A DNA stretch of 64,000 nucleotides from Azolla caroliniana (lineage: Eukaryota > Plantae > Polypodiophyta), in NCBI GenBank assembly GCA_043228905.1, contig JBHGNT010000002.1:8742001-8806000 (forward strand), given 5' to 3'. Of this stretch, positions 23,323 through 35,197 are shown one piece after another. A program made the position numbers and the translations under genes. Under the pieces are notes generated by a model that saw only the letters and a list, made by a program, of their open reading frames with translations, was not told the DNA's origin and made no database searches. Every line of letters starts with the position of its first letter. Position 1 is the stretch's first letter.

Positions 23323-23996
23323 TGACAGGAACTACACGCCCTCTTTGAACAACGCTCGGCCACAACCGAGCCTAGAATAAAACACAGAAAACAGGAAATG
23401 AAACACAACACGATAGAGAGAAGATTACACAGGATGTTTACGTGGAAAACCCAAACTCGGGAAAAACCACGGCAACCCACAGACCGCAAACTATCACTAT
23501 GTCAGAAGGTACAATAAGAAAGCATCGAGGCCACGACCTCTAGCTTGCTATCTTCGCCACAGGCGGCGGTTACAATCAGAGGCAATGACCTCTTCTTCTC
23601 TCTCACTCTCCCTGTACACAGTTGCGTGCTCTAATCTTGCACAAACAAGAATGACAACAACTCTCATCATAAGTTTGCCCTAAGTCATATTTATACTAAT
23701 ATGACTTTTCGGCTATTTACAAATATAGTCACAATGGACTCTCTGAAAACATATTTACAAATATGTCTCTTCATCCGGTGAACAATGCTCACCGGGCCTG
23801 CATCATCCGGCGCTTGCCGGGTACTCGTCATTCGGTTCTCACCGGGTCTGCACCATCCGACTCTCCGCAGCCGGGTACTCGTCATCCGGTTCTCACCGGG
23901 TCTGCACCATCCGGCTCTCCGTAGCCGGTTACTCGTCATCCGGTTCATCAGTACTGTTCTTCTCACTTCACATCCGGAGGGACCTGTTTCCTAACA
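23323..23996 (-). mobile_element. Solo copia LTR inserted antiparallel in another LTR
   Basis: TGACA..AACA with TSD TACCC (23318-23322 and 23997-24001); related to 30635-31392. Confidence 0.93.
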
Positions 23997-24737
23997 TACC
24001 CGGCAACGGAGACTCGGTGAGAACCGGATGGGAAGTGAGAAGAACAGTGTTGATGAGCAACTTGGCCGAGGCCGAAACCGGATGTGGAGTACCCTACAAC
24101 GGAAGACCCAGTGAGAACCGGATGTGGAGTACCCGACAACGGAAGACCCGGTGAGAACCAAATGACGAGTACCCGGCAAGGAAGACCCGGTGAGAACCGG
24201 ATGTTGCAGGCCCGGTGAGAACCTCTCATCGGATGGAAGGGACATATATATAAATATGTTCCAGAGAGCCGACTGGGACTATATTTGTAAATAGCCCGAA
24301 AGTCATATTAGTATAGATATGACCTAGGGCAAACTTAATAGTGTGTAGAATTGGTTGTGTTATTATCGTTGTGGCGATAATTCAGAGCGCAACTGCGTAC
24401 ACAGAGAGAGAGAGAGAGGAAGAGGTTGTTGCCTCTATTGTAACCGCCTGGTGGCGAAGCTAGGGAGCAAGAGGTCGTTGCCTCTGTGCCCCATTGTTGT
24501 AATCTTGATATAGAGATATTTTGCAATCTGAGGGCTGCCGTGGTTTTTTCCCTGATTTGGGTTTTTCCACGTTAACATCGAGTGCACTCTCTTCTTTATT
24601 GTTTCATTGTGCAGATACACCTCACCACATCCCCGTTTTCTGTGATTGATCCGACGTCTCGGTTGTGGCCGAGCATAGCTTAGGAAACTGTATTCCTATC
24701 AAACGCGCGATACTTCCACTTGTGAACCCAAACGTGT

Positions 24738-27700
24738 TTACTGCTTACTACTGTTGCATCAGCCTCCGTCTGCTCGAACGGATTCTGTGGCATGGGTCCA
24801 CAATATGGTTTGAGTCGAAACCCATTGACCCATTTGTCCATTAGCTCACCGGCGAGCATTCCGAGCTAGTATGAACCTTTGAACTCTCACGTTATCGAAT
24901 AGGGTCCGGTCCACCGGAACCCTCGCTTTACCGGCATCTGACCCATCCAGATCTGGAATACGAGTACCGACATGCTGATCCAGAACATCTTCTCATTGCC
25001 CTTCCGGTGCACATCAACGAACGCCTTCCTTTGTCGCTGCTCTAGTTCCAATTGCATGATACTCGCTATCCGATGCTCTTCTAGTTCGCATAATGCGGCT
25101 AACCAGATTTTTTCCGATTCCTTGTCACTTAGTCGTTCTCTTACATGTATCTGCAAACTCAGAACCTGAAATTTGATTAGCATTACTGCTTCCAGCCCAA
25201 ATGCTCACCGGAATGGTGTTGATCGGATACTCGTTTTGTATGCCGTCCGGTATGCCCATAGTGCACTATATAGCTTCGTGTCCCAATCGGTCTGGTTTTC
25301 ATTGACAATCTTTCATAGGATGTTTTGGAGCATTTTGTTTGTGGATTCGGCCAATCCATTGGCCTGTGGATAATAAGAGGTACTACGCTTGTGTACCACT
25401 GCACAGAATATTGTTAAGCTCTCCACTACTTGACCGAGAAAATGTCCGCCTTGGTCGCTAATTAACTCGATCGAGCATCCATACTGGCACCAGATGTACT
25501 CATATAAGAACTTTGCCATTGATGCCGCAATGTTGTCCCGCAAAGCCTTGGCTTCTACCCACTTGGTGCAATAATCTGTGGCGACTATAACATATCTGTT
25601 GCCTGTTCTCATTGTCGGAGGTTTAAACGGCCCAATGAAGTCCAGCCCCCATTTCTGAAATGGCTCTAGGGGTAGCACCGGCTGGTGAGGCATGCTTGCC
25701 TGTTCTGTTGGTTGGCCCATCCATTGACATAAATCACAGTCTTTTGCGTACCGAACCGAGTCCTTCAGTGTCGTCGGCCACCATAGCCCGTTGTGCCATA
25801 TCTTTCTTGTCGTAGTGTCCCCGGCATAGTGCCCTCTAGCAACGCCGCAATGTGCTTCTCGTAATATTGTGTCCTTTTCGTCGCTTCGCACTACTCGCCG
25901 CCATATGCCATCCGCGCCTTTGTGGTACAGGGTGTCCTGTAGTAGACAAAAATGTCGGCTCTGTACTGCTAACCGCTTCCGCTCATCCCGGTTCATTTCC
26001 TCCGGTGGTAGTCCCGTGCTTAGGAATTGATGCATGTTGGTTAGCCACTTGTCTTCGTCGACTACCGTGCCATCTGTTGTTGTTTCTGTTGTTACTTTAA
26101 ACAACTCGGCATCCGGAAACTCATCCGGGACTCCATCACCGGTCTCAAACTCTTGTAGGAACAATGTCCATCGGGCGAGCTTACCGGTGAGCGATGCCTT
26201 TGAGACCAAATATAATTGTGTTGAGTGGTCGACATGAAATGAAAATTTCCTTCCCAATAAATAGTGCCTAAAGTTGGTAACACTGTAAATCATCCATAAG
26301 GCTTCTCTTTCCGTTGTTGAATAATTTCGTTCCGCTTGGGATAGCTTCTGGCTGGCATAATAAACCGGTCGGTACCATTTCGGTTCAGTCAGTTGCATTA
26401 GTGTGCTACCGATTGCTTTGTCGGACGCATCAATGAACACGTGGAACTCTTTTAACCAGTCTAGTGGTTGCACCACCGACACTTGTGATAGCAGTACTTT
26501 CAGTGCCCGGTAAGCCTTATCCTCCGTATTTGTCCATTGAAACGTTGTCCGGTGAACTGCGGCATGCAACGGTGTAGCAAGATAAGCCAAATACCGGAGC
26601 ATCCGACTATGCCACCGGATTTTCCCTAGAAACCAACTCAAAGTTTTGGCCATGGGTGGTGCTAGTGCTTCTAAGATTGCTTTGACCTTATCGGGGTCTA
26701 CTGCGATCCCGTCCTTGCTGACGATATGGCCCAACAATGCGCCGCTTGTTACTCCGAACACACACTTTGCTAGATTCAGGCTTAATCGATAACTCCTGCA
26801 TTTCTCAAGACATAGCCAGAGGTGTTGGAGATGTTTTCCTTCTCTTCTATACAAGGCGAAGTCATCCAGGAATACCTGCATGAATTCGGGGATGAACTCG
26901 CCAAATATTTCCATGATTATTCGTTGGAAGGTCGCCGGCACAGTCTTGAGCCCGAACATCTTTACCACTGCGACGAAAAATCCCCATTCGGTGACGAACG
27001 TCATCTTGTCTTGGTCGTCAGGGTGCATCCTTATTTGATTGTAGCCGCTGAAACCGTCAAGGAAGCTATACACTTCATGACCGCCTACCACGTCCAGCAC
27101 TCCATCCATACATGGAAGTGGAACGGTGTCGGTCACTGTTGCAGCATTCAGTTTCCGGTAGTCAACGCACACCCGGATCTTACTATTCTTTTTCGGCACA
27201 ACGACTATGGGACTTAACCATGTAGCTTTTTTGACTGGTCGGATAAAACCAACCCGTAGAAACTTCTCAATTTCCTCTTTGACCTTTGCCAAATAGATAG
27301 GGTTCATCCGGTAACGTTGTTGTGCTACCGGTTTGGCATCCTTACTGAGATGTATCTGGTGTTGGTACAATTGAGGATCCAGCCCCCGCATGTCTTCATA
27401 GGACCAAGCGAATACGTATTGGAATTCCTTTAATAAAGTGATCAGCGTCGTCTTGTTGTTGGTGACATTTCTTTAGCAATATGAACCGGTCTTGCGTCGT
27501 CCCCAGTTCCTAAGTTCACTTCCTCTAATTGGGATGCTTTCACGCATTGGGATACCGCCATCTCCCTCTCCAGAGCTTCCTGTGCTTGCCATAATTCTGT
27601 GATAGCTTCCCTCTCCGGTTCCTCGCCGGCATCATCCGATTGCGTTATTTATGGTGACACTGCTTCTGCCACATCAATTTCAAATAGGGGTACAATTTTT

Positions 27701-27770
27701 AGGTTTTCTTCTAAGTATTGGTCGACCTCTTCATCAGCAAGCCCCTCAAGCATGTTTACACATTCCACAT
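24738..27770 (-). pseudogene. pol: Gypsy D pol (RT-RNase H-integrase)
   Basis: ORF 25313-27391: VCVDYRKLN, LDGFSGYNQI, FLDDF, DASDKA, HCGVARGH..CDLCQ, WGLDF, YPQANGLAE; its tail resumes at ~16443-16325. Confidence 0.93.
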
Positions 27771-30634
27771 TGTTGTCCGCCATAATAGTAACCGACGGAC
27801 AGAAGTGCGGGAATATTAGAATATAGTAAAAGCGTAAGAAACGCATGTAAAGACCCTGGGTATATAAAGGGAAAAAATCCTCTGTAAGAGGTAGCGTGTT
27901 ATTTTGATGCATAGAGCGTTATTCTAATAAAATACCATCTTCTCTGATTTTTGTGCATAAGTGTGGTTTTATCTACTGTGTTCTTTGTTCTCTGTGGCAG
28001 ATTGTAATCGTAAAGGTGTAGGCGTAAGAAGTGCGGATACTAAGTGCACTTCCTAAGGAGTTAGGTTGTAGCCGTCTCCCTTATACGCTACTAGGATACG
28101 AGGAAGTATCCCATTACGTATTACGGTTCGACGGTACCATTCCTTGAAATGCAGTCACCTTGAGGTCTAGGTCGAAGGACTGAATGTAGACAATGTTCCT
28201 AATCGGTAACATGTTTTGGCACGCTTGGTGATCTGTGTCTTCTCGCAGACGAACAACAACAACTGGATGTTTAACCGTAGACATCCTAGAGAACCAACAC
28301 GACACGACCGACCAGTCACAAGGTCCATCACACGCCAGGCAGAGGAATGAACAAGGAAAAAACCTCGTCTCAATGACCTCAGTGATATTTGTGGGGACCA
28401 CAAAATCGCCTTTCCGCTCACCAAATACCCCGGCGAGACGCAGGAAGTTCCGTCACCGCACAAGTACGGTGGTATTCCCCTGCCCGCCGTAGCATCCAAC
28501 ATGGCCTTCTCCTATCCATGCCTCAACGGCGACAAAATGTTGCAACCCACATTCGCCTGTTCCTGAATGTCTGGAATGCAAATTATCACATGGCGCAGAG
28601 ACTTCTAGAAGAGGTAGCGCACCAGGCCAAAATGACCGAGTTTGGATTAACGCTGGATGGTAGAGCGGCATTTTGGCATTCGCAGATGGATCTGCCAGCA
28701 ATCACGACCTTCGACCAGGTACAGTCGGCCTTTCTGCAGTTCTTTCATCAGAGGGTGCCGCAACGCGAAATTCTTGGGCAATTCTATACAATCAAACAGT
28801 TGCCAGCCGAGACTGTCGCGGATTTCCGTTTACGCTTCCAAAATTTGCGGCGGAAATTAGAATGGGGCCCGACAGACGACGAGGCTCAGGAGACATTTCC
28901 GGTAGCCTTACGGCGACCGATATGGACGACACTCAACAACAATAGTGTGAAAGGACAAATAGTTGATATGGGCATCGAACGAGTGTTGTAGCTCGAGCTG
29001 GACAAAGAAGAGGAAAGGTTTTCTATGTCCTCATTACGACAAGCGTTACCTCAGGACGAGGAACGACATTTTCGCTAGGCTATCCAGTGTACGATTTTCC
29101 TCAATTCTAGACATTCCGCAGTGGAATGCAACATGCGAATCCACTACTCAATCTGTCACTCGAAAGCACACATGGTCGAGCAGTGTGAGTACAATATGTT
29201 AAACAGACCCACGCCCACAGTACGAAGCGTAGAAACACAACGACCACCCGTTGTAATGATCAAAGGTGCCAAGAAGAACGACCCCGATATACGGATCGAA
29301 ATCCACATGATGACCGGCACTACCAGAATCACTGGAATAACAACGATTCCGAGGAAGAAGAACCGGAGGACGAAGACTTCTGGGGCAACCGCAGATATAA
29401 TAAAGGAGGACGATGTTATGAAAACTACCATCCGGTGAACAAACGTGGTGGCTTCAATGGGCCTCGCAAGAAACATCGACAGTATTGGGACCAATGGCGT
29501 TACAACGAAAGTTCGGACGATGATCGGCACCAGGAGCCGTGCCGGGACCAACAACAACCACCGTGGACTTTCAGAGGAATGAACCAAGACTGGGAGGAGC
29601 AAGTCACACTTGGGGATAGGAACACGCCACGAGCTGCCGAGAGAGGCGAATCCAGTGTCCATTGTTTCGTTTGCCAACAACCCGGACATTATGCCACTCA
29701 ATGTTCACTCCGCAAGGGAAAGGGCCCCGCCGTCAATACGATTATGGCAGACGTTCAACAAGTTACGACAAGACAGCAAATGAAAAATATTGATTGAGCC
29801 GCACAAGATGAGATACGTCAGACGGCCCAAGCATGGGTCGAAAAAGCGAACGCGGCCAATAGGGAACGCATGCGGCCGGAGTCCGCGAACAATGTTGGGC
29901 CATTGGAGGAAGACGTAATATCTCCGGATCCCATATGGCAAGCATTGGCAGGTTGCGAAATAACACTGACCATGGAGAAGCTACTTCAACTAGTTCCATG
30001 GTTCCGCCAAGCCGTAGATGATCGCATAACGAACAGACCTGGGGTAATCGTCTCCACCAACTTTACGGACACCAGCGCCGGACTAACGATGGTGGATCCC
30101 CACAATCTAGCTATTAAGTTGGTATTACACGGTCAGGAAATTACAGGATGCGTAATCGACGGAGGATCTGGCGTCAATGTCATGTGAACAATTGGGAATT
30201 TCAGAATGGGAAGCTAGCCCGTTTTGGCTTCGCATGGCGGATACCTACTCAGTAAGGCCTTTCGGCTTAATCCGAAAATTAGGCATCATCATTGGCGGAC
30301 ATTGCTTCGACATCTCGATGGTAATCCTCGCCCTCAACGCCCCAAGAGCGTATCCTATGCTGCTTGGTAGACCTTGGCTTCGTTCGGCGAATATCAAACA
30401 GAGCTGGCAATGTAAGTGCATCAGTTTTCGATGCGGACGCACCAAGGTTCGCGTACCCACAGAGGAAATGATGGTACAACCCAAGGGGATAACATCGTTA
30501 TACGTGGAAGATATAAAAATGTTGGATGGGGTGGATGATACAGAATTAGAAGCATACCTCGACGAGTACCCCCGAATCATTCCGCTATTCGAAATCGACG
30601 TAATAGAAACCACCGCGGATTACGCCATGCCTAT
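27771..30634 (+). mobile_element. Gypsy F 5' part: LTR 27771-28211, PBS 28217-28230, decayed gag and protease
   Basis: TG..CA LTR, PBS TGGCACGCTTGGTG, gag (FYTIKQLPAETVADFRLRF), CFVCQQPGHYATQC, VIDGGSGVNV..LLGRPWL. Confidence 0.85.
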
Positions 30635-33600
30635 TGACAGGAACTACATGCTCCGATGAGCACTGCTCGGCCACAACCGAGTCTAAGATCAAACACAGAA
30701 AAAACGGGAATGAATACAAACGACACAAAGGAGAGAAGAGTGCACAGGATGTTAACGTGGAAAGCCCAAACTAGGGAAAAAACCACGGCAGCCCACAGAC
30801 TGCAAACTATCTCTATATCAGAATGTACAATAGTAGAGCACCGAGGCAACGACCTCGAGCTTGCTATCTTCGTCACAGGCGGCGGTTACAACAGAGGCAA
30901 CAACCTCTTCTTCTCTCTCTCTCTCTATGTACACTATTACGCGCTCTCAAGTCTTGCACAAACAAGAATGACAACAACTCAAAAGTTTGCCCTAAGTCAT
31001 ATTTATACTAATATGACTTTTCGGCTATTTACAGATATAGCCACGATGGACTCTCAGAAACATATTTACGAATATGTCTCTTCATCCGGTGAGCACTCCT
31101 CACCAGGCCTGCATCATCCGGCGCTTGCCGGGTACTCGTCATCCCGTTCTCATCGGGTCTTCAGTTTCCTGGTACTCCTCATCCGGTTCTCACCGGGTCT
31201 GCACCATCCGGCTCTCCGTAGCCGGGTACTCCTCATCCGGTTCTCACCGGGTCTGCACCATCCAGCTCTCCGTAGCTAGGTACTCGTCATCCGGTTCTCA
31301 CCGGGTCTACACCATCCAGCTCTCCGTAGCCGAGTACTCGTCATCAGCACTGTTCTTCTCCCTTCCCATCTGGAGGAACCTATCTCCCAACAAACTCCCC
31401 CTTCACTCCGGCATGGGGTGGCTTACTAGTCTGATCCGCTTCCGGCATGCGTCCAGCTTGTCGGGTATCAGCACTTTGGTCAGCATATCTGACTCGTTCT
31501 CGGTCGTGTGGATCTTCGTCAGCGCGAACTCCTAGTCATCTACTCTTTCCCGGATCCAGTGATACCTTCGCTGGATATGCTTCGTCCGGGAATGGTAGGT
31601 AGCATTCATCGGACCTCTTCTTCTGCCGGTTCGGTATCCACACCGTAACCGACTGGTTCCTCGAGTGCTAACCGGTCTCTTGCTGGTTGGGTCTGCTCAT
31701 CGTAGAATCGATCCTTACCGATCGACTCGGAGTTCATTATCTTCTTCTCTGACTCCCAGTCGGCGAGCGTCTTGTCCTCCATGAAGATAATATCTCGACT
31801 CCGGAATACCTTCTTGTCGACCGAGTCCCACACTCGGTAGCCGAACTCATCGTCGTCGTAACCGAGGAATATGCATGGACGGGTCTTTGGATCTAACTTT
31901 CCTCTCCGGTCCTTAGCTACATGCACGTACTCGAGACACCCGAACACCTTCAGATGCCGGTAGGACACTTCCTTACTGGTCCATACTCTCTGCGGTGTGT
32001 CTCTGTCCAAGGGTACTGAGGGTGATCTGTTTATCACATATGTCGCCATCGACAGTGCCTCAGCCCAAAACTTCTTGGGTAATTTTGCATGCGCCAGCAT
32101 ACTCCGGACCCTCTCCATTATGGTCCGGTTCATCCTCTCGGCCAGCCCATTTAGTTTCGGCGTCTTCGGCACGGTAAATTCGAGTTGGATTCCCTTCGAG
32201 CGGCAGTACTCCTCGAACTGCCCCCGGTATTGTCCTCCGTTATCTGCTCGAACCGCCTTCAGCTTCCGGCCAGTTGTTGCAAAACAGCGCTCGGTCACAA
32301 ACCGAGGAATAGGATCAACTCACAGAAACCGGGAAATACAAAGTGCACGAAGACAATAGAGAGAAGAGTACACAGGGTGTTTTACGTGGAAAACCCTAAA
32401 TGGGAAAAAACCACGGGAGTCCTCAAACTCCAACTATCACTATACACAGAGATGTACAATGGTGAGGCTACAAGGCAACAACCTTGAGCTCACTGTCTTC
32501 GCCACAGGCGGCGGTAATACACAGAGGCGTCGACCTCTTCCTTTCTCTCTCTCTCTCTCGGCTGCTCTCACTTCGCTCTCACGGCTGAAAACATAAAATG
32601 AGCAACAACATAGAACTGTTTGCCCTAAGTCATATTTATACGCATATGACTTTCGGGCTATTTACAAATATGGCCTCAAGGGCCCTTGGCAAACATATTC
32701 ACAAATATGTCCCCGCATCCGGATCTCGCTCCGGGTACATTCATCATCCGGCTCCGTAGCCGGGATCTTCATCATCCGGCTCCGTAGCCGGGATCTTCAT
32801 CATCCGGCTCCGTAGCCGGGACCGTAACCGTAACCGGGATTGCCGTCATTCATCTCCGGACATCCGACCATCCCATCCGAAGGGACCGTAATCCCAACAC
32901 CAGTTTCTTTTTCCACTCTCACGTGGAGCTCTTTGAAGACGGATAGCACTTGATCCTTCGTCTTCAACGGGGTGGCCCACGGCTTCCTGTTGTGGTCATC
33001 TATAAACGTCATGAAGTACTGCGATACTGCATGTGACTTCGTGTCCACTTGACAAACATCAGTATGCACCAACTCCAGTGGTGCATTATGTCTCATCGGT
33101 GGCCTTGGTCTGAAGGAGGTCCGGTTTTGCTTACAGGCCAGACAATGAGTGCACTTCTCCAAGTGCACGTTCTTCACTGGAATGAGGTTGTTGTTTGCAA
33201 GCCTCTTCATCCCCTTCTCGCTCATGTGACACAGCCTCTTGTGCCACAGCTCACCGGCAATGTCGGATGCCACGTTCACCTCCTCCGGACATAACCGGGC
33301 ATTCATCAGGTACAATGTGTTTACCTTCCGGGCCCGAGCCACAATCAGGCTCCCTTTGCTGAACTTCATCACACCGTTCCGGATGCTACCCGTGTAGCCT
33401 TCATCATCTAGCCGACCGGCTGATATCAGGTTCAGACGATCCTCCGGAACGTGTCGGACATCCTTCAGTAGCATCTTGCATCCAGTTGGTGTTGTCAACC
33501 ACACGTCTCCTATGCCGACAATCCGGCATGTACCTTCATTCCCCATCCGGACACAGCCTTGGTCACCAGATGAGTAGGATGAGAAGCCTTTCCGGTCCGG

Positions 33601-33960
33601 GGTAAGGTGGAACAAAGCTCCGGAGTCAACCACCCATGTCATCTCGTCGCCGGCAAGGTATAACTTACTCTACTCAGTGATGAGCATAAACTCTTCTTCA
33701 CTTGCCGCGATTGCCGTCGTTCCCTTCCGATCCGTTCCCCTCCGGTCTTTACCGTTCCGGTCTGGTGTCCGCTTCGAATCAGTGCCGTCGGTTTCCTTGT
33801 CCTTTTGGAAGTGCCGACAGTTCTTCTGGAAGTGTCCCGGCTTGCCGCAATAGAAGCAAGTAGGCCTCCCCCTTGACTTTGACCGTGTCCCCGACTTCTG
33901 CCGGTTCTGGGGACTACGGTTCCTTTGTCTTCCGCGTTCTGATTCGGTAAGGAACGCTTT
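30635..33960 (-). mobile_element. Copia G: 3' LTR 30635-31392, PPT, RNase H end, INT and PR; RT deleted and 5' end lost
   Basis: PPT at 31395-31405; ORFs 31606-32298 and 32800-33642; 54-bp tandem units in the LTR. Confidence 0.9.
32275..32899 (-). mobile_element. Recent solo LTR of the 2621-3216 family
   Basis: Perfect TSD CCAGT (32270-32274 and 32900-32904); splits integrase at KETG|RKLK. Confidence 0.97.
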
Positions 33961-34120
33961 GGATAGTTGGAGCGGAAAATGACACGTTTCAACTTAGCAC
34001 CTTGGCCGGAAAGGTGCTCCGAAAAAAGGTGAATGGGTTTCGCTTGAAACCCTACTTGGGGCCTACACCACCTAACCCGTTCCCCGCTAAACAGGACAAG
34101 CCGGCGAAACTGCGGAGTAA
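33961..34120 (+). pseudogene. pol: Gypsy integrase C-terminal remnant (probably element F)
   Basis: WIVGAENDTFQLSTLAGKVLRKKVNGFRLKPYLGPTPPNPF. Confidence 0.8.
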
Positions 34121-34268
34121 GTATAGGGCCCTACTTGTACTATAGTGTAAAAATAATATTGTATGTAATCGTTACAAAAGAAAAAAGAAACAGAAAAAGA
34201 AGAAGATGATAGTGACGCTATTAAAAGGACTTGATGCATGCACAAACTTCTAGCGCAAGAACACGCGG

Positions 34269-34661
34269 TGTTGTCTGCCTGGCCGGACTAGCCTCAACAC
34301 AGGTGTCTATCCGACACTTCTCCAAAGGGGTGGTAAGGATTGGATGCTAGGTTACACGCGTAAGATGATTAGTACAATTAAGCACAGACGGTAAACAATA
34401 CGAAGATACAGATAAACACGCAATAATTACTATTGTATTACTTCCGTCAAACCATTTACAAATCATCGGATCCTTTTATAGGCATCCGGCAAGGTTACAA
34501 TCGGTGCGCTTAGGCAACTGACATCCGAATCAGTCCGGATCCGGATCGGTACAACTGTACCAGATCCGTCCCTCCGAATAATAATTCTACTATTATTTAC
34601 TTCCTATTATCCGATCCGACTCCGCCTTCCCACTTGTCCTTGCTCTTCTGACCGGCCAACA
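34269..34661 (-). repeat. 3' LTR of gypsy E (relative of D)
   Basis: TGTTG..CCAACA; blocks shared with the D LTR (GACACTTC.CCAAAGGGG, ACACGCGTAAGATGA, CCTTTTATAGG). Confidence 0.85.
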
Positions 34662-34663
34662 CA

Positions 34664-34710
34664 TGGCACGCCCGTGGGAAAGTGCCTTGCACTTCGAATC
34701 CACTCTCGGC
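34664..34710 (-). other. tRNA-Arg-like 3' half at the PPT position of gypsy E
   Basis: Minus strand reads GAGAGTGGATTCGA-agtgcaaggcact-TTCCCACGGGCGTGCCA-TG-[LTR]. Confidence 0.7.
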
Positions 34711-35197
34711 CTCATTCTTCCTCCAAAATATCGAGCACACTCTGCTCGATGGTGTCAAGTGGTGCTTCTTCCTCCTGTTCCTGTTCCTTGCCTGCCTGGT
34801 CTCCGACCTCCGGTTGGGTGGGCTGTTCCGTAAAAATTTGCTGCTCCGGCTCTGCTTGATTCTGTGGTGCCGGTGCTTCCTCACCGCTTCGTCCGGGTTC
34901 TTCCTGTTCTCCCTCTGTTCCAGGCTCTGTTCTGTTACCAGTGTCGCTTTCTCCGGTCTCGACTGGTCGGCTCGGTACGCCTTCTTCCTCTGCTCTGGTG
35001 TCTTCCGGTCTCAGCTCTTCTTCTTCTCCGGCATCGGTCTGCTCCTGCTCTTCTTCTTCTCCTTCGAACGGAAGTTCTTCTTCAGGTATTCCTCGTCGGG
35101 GTTGTTCGGTGTCGGTTGGTTCAACTTCAGCCGGTCACTCTCCCTCACTAATAGTGATTGGCGTCGTTCTTCCCTTAGCTTCCTGTCGTAACCGGTC

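Larger units (their letters stand above)
19535..24701 (+). mobile_element. Tnt1-like copia with integrase deleted
   Basis: 5' LTR 19535-20024, PBS 20028-20039, PPT GAAGGGGGAG 23181-23190, 3' LTR 23193-24701 (interrupted); flanks AATG/AACG. Confidence 0.92.
16444..24737. mobile_element. Putative non-autonomous TIR DNA transposon (~3.1 kb without the nested copia), inserted in the integrase tail of D
   Basis: Imperfect TIR ACACGTT....TTCACAAGTGGAAG at 16444-16468 and 24713-24737; flanks TTACCA/TTACTG; subterminal inverted similarity 16525-16620 vs 19390-19480; decayed coding remnant 16790-17300 (-). Confidence 0.6.
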
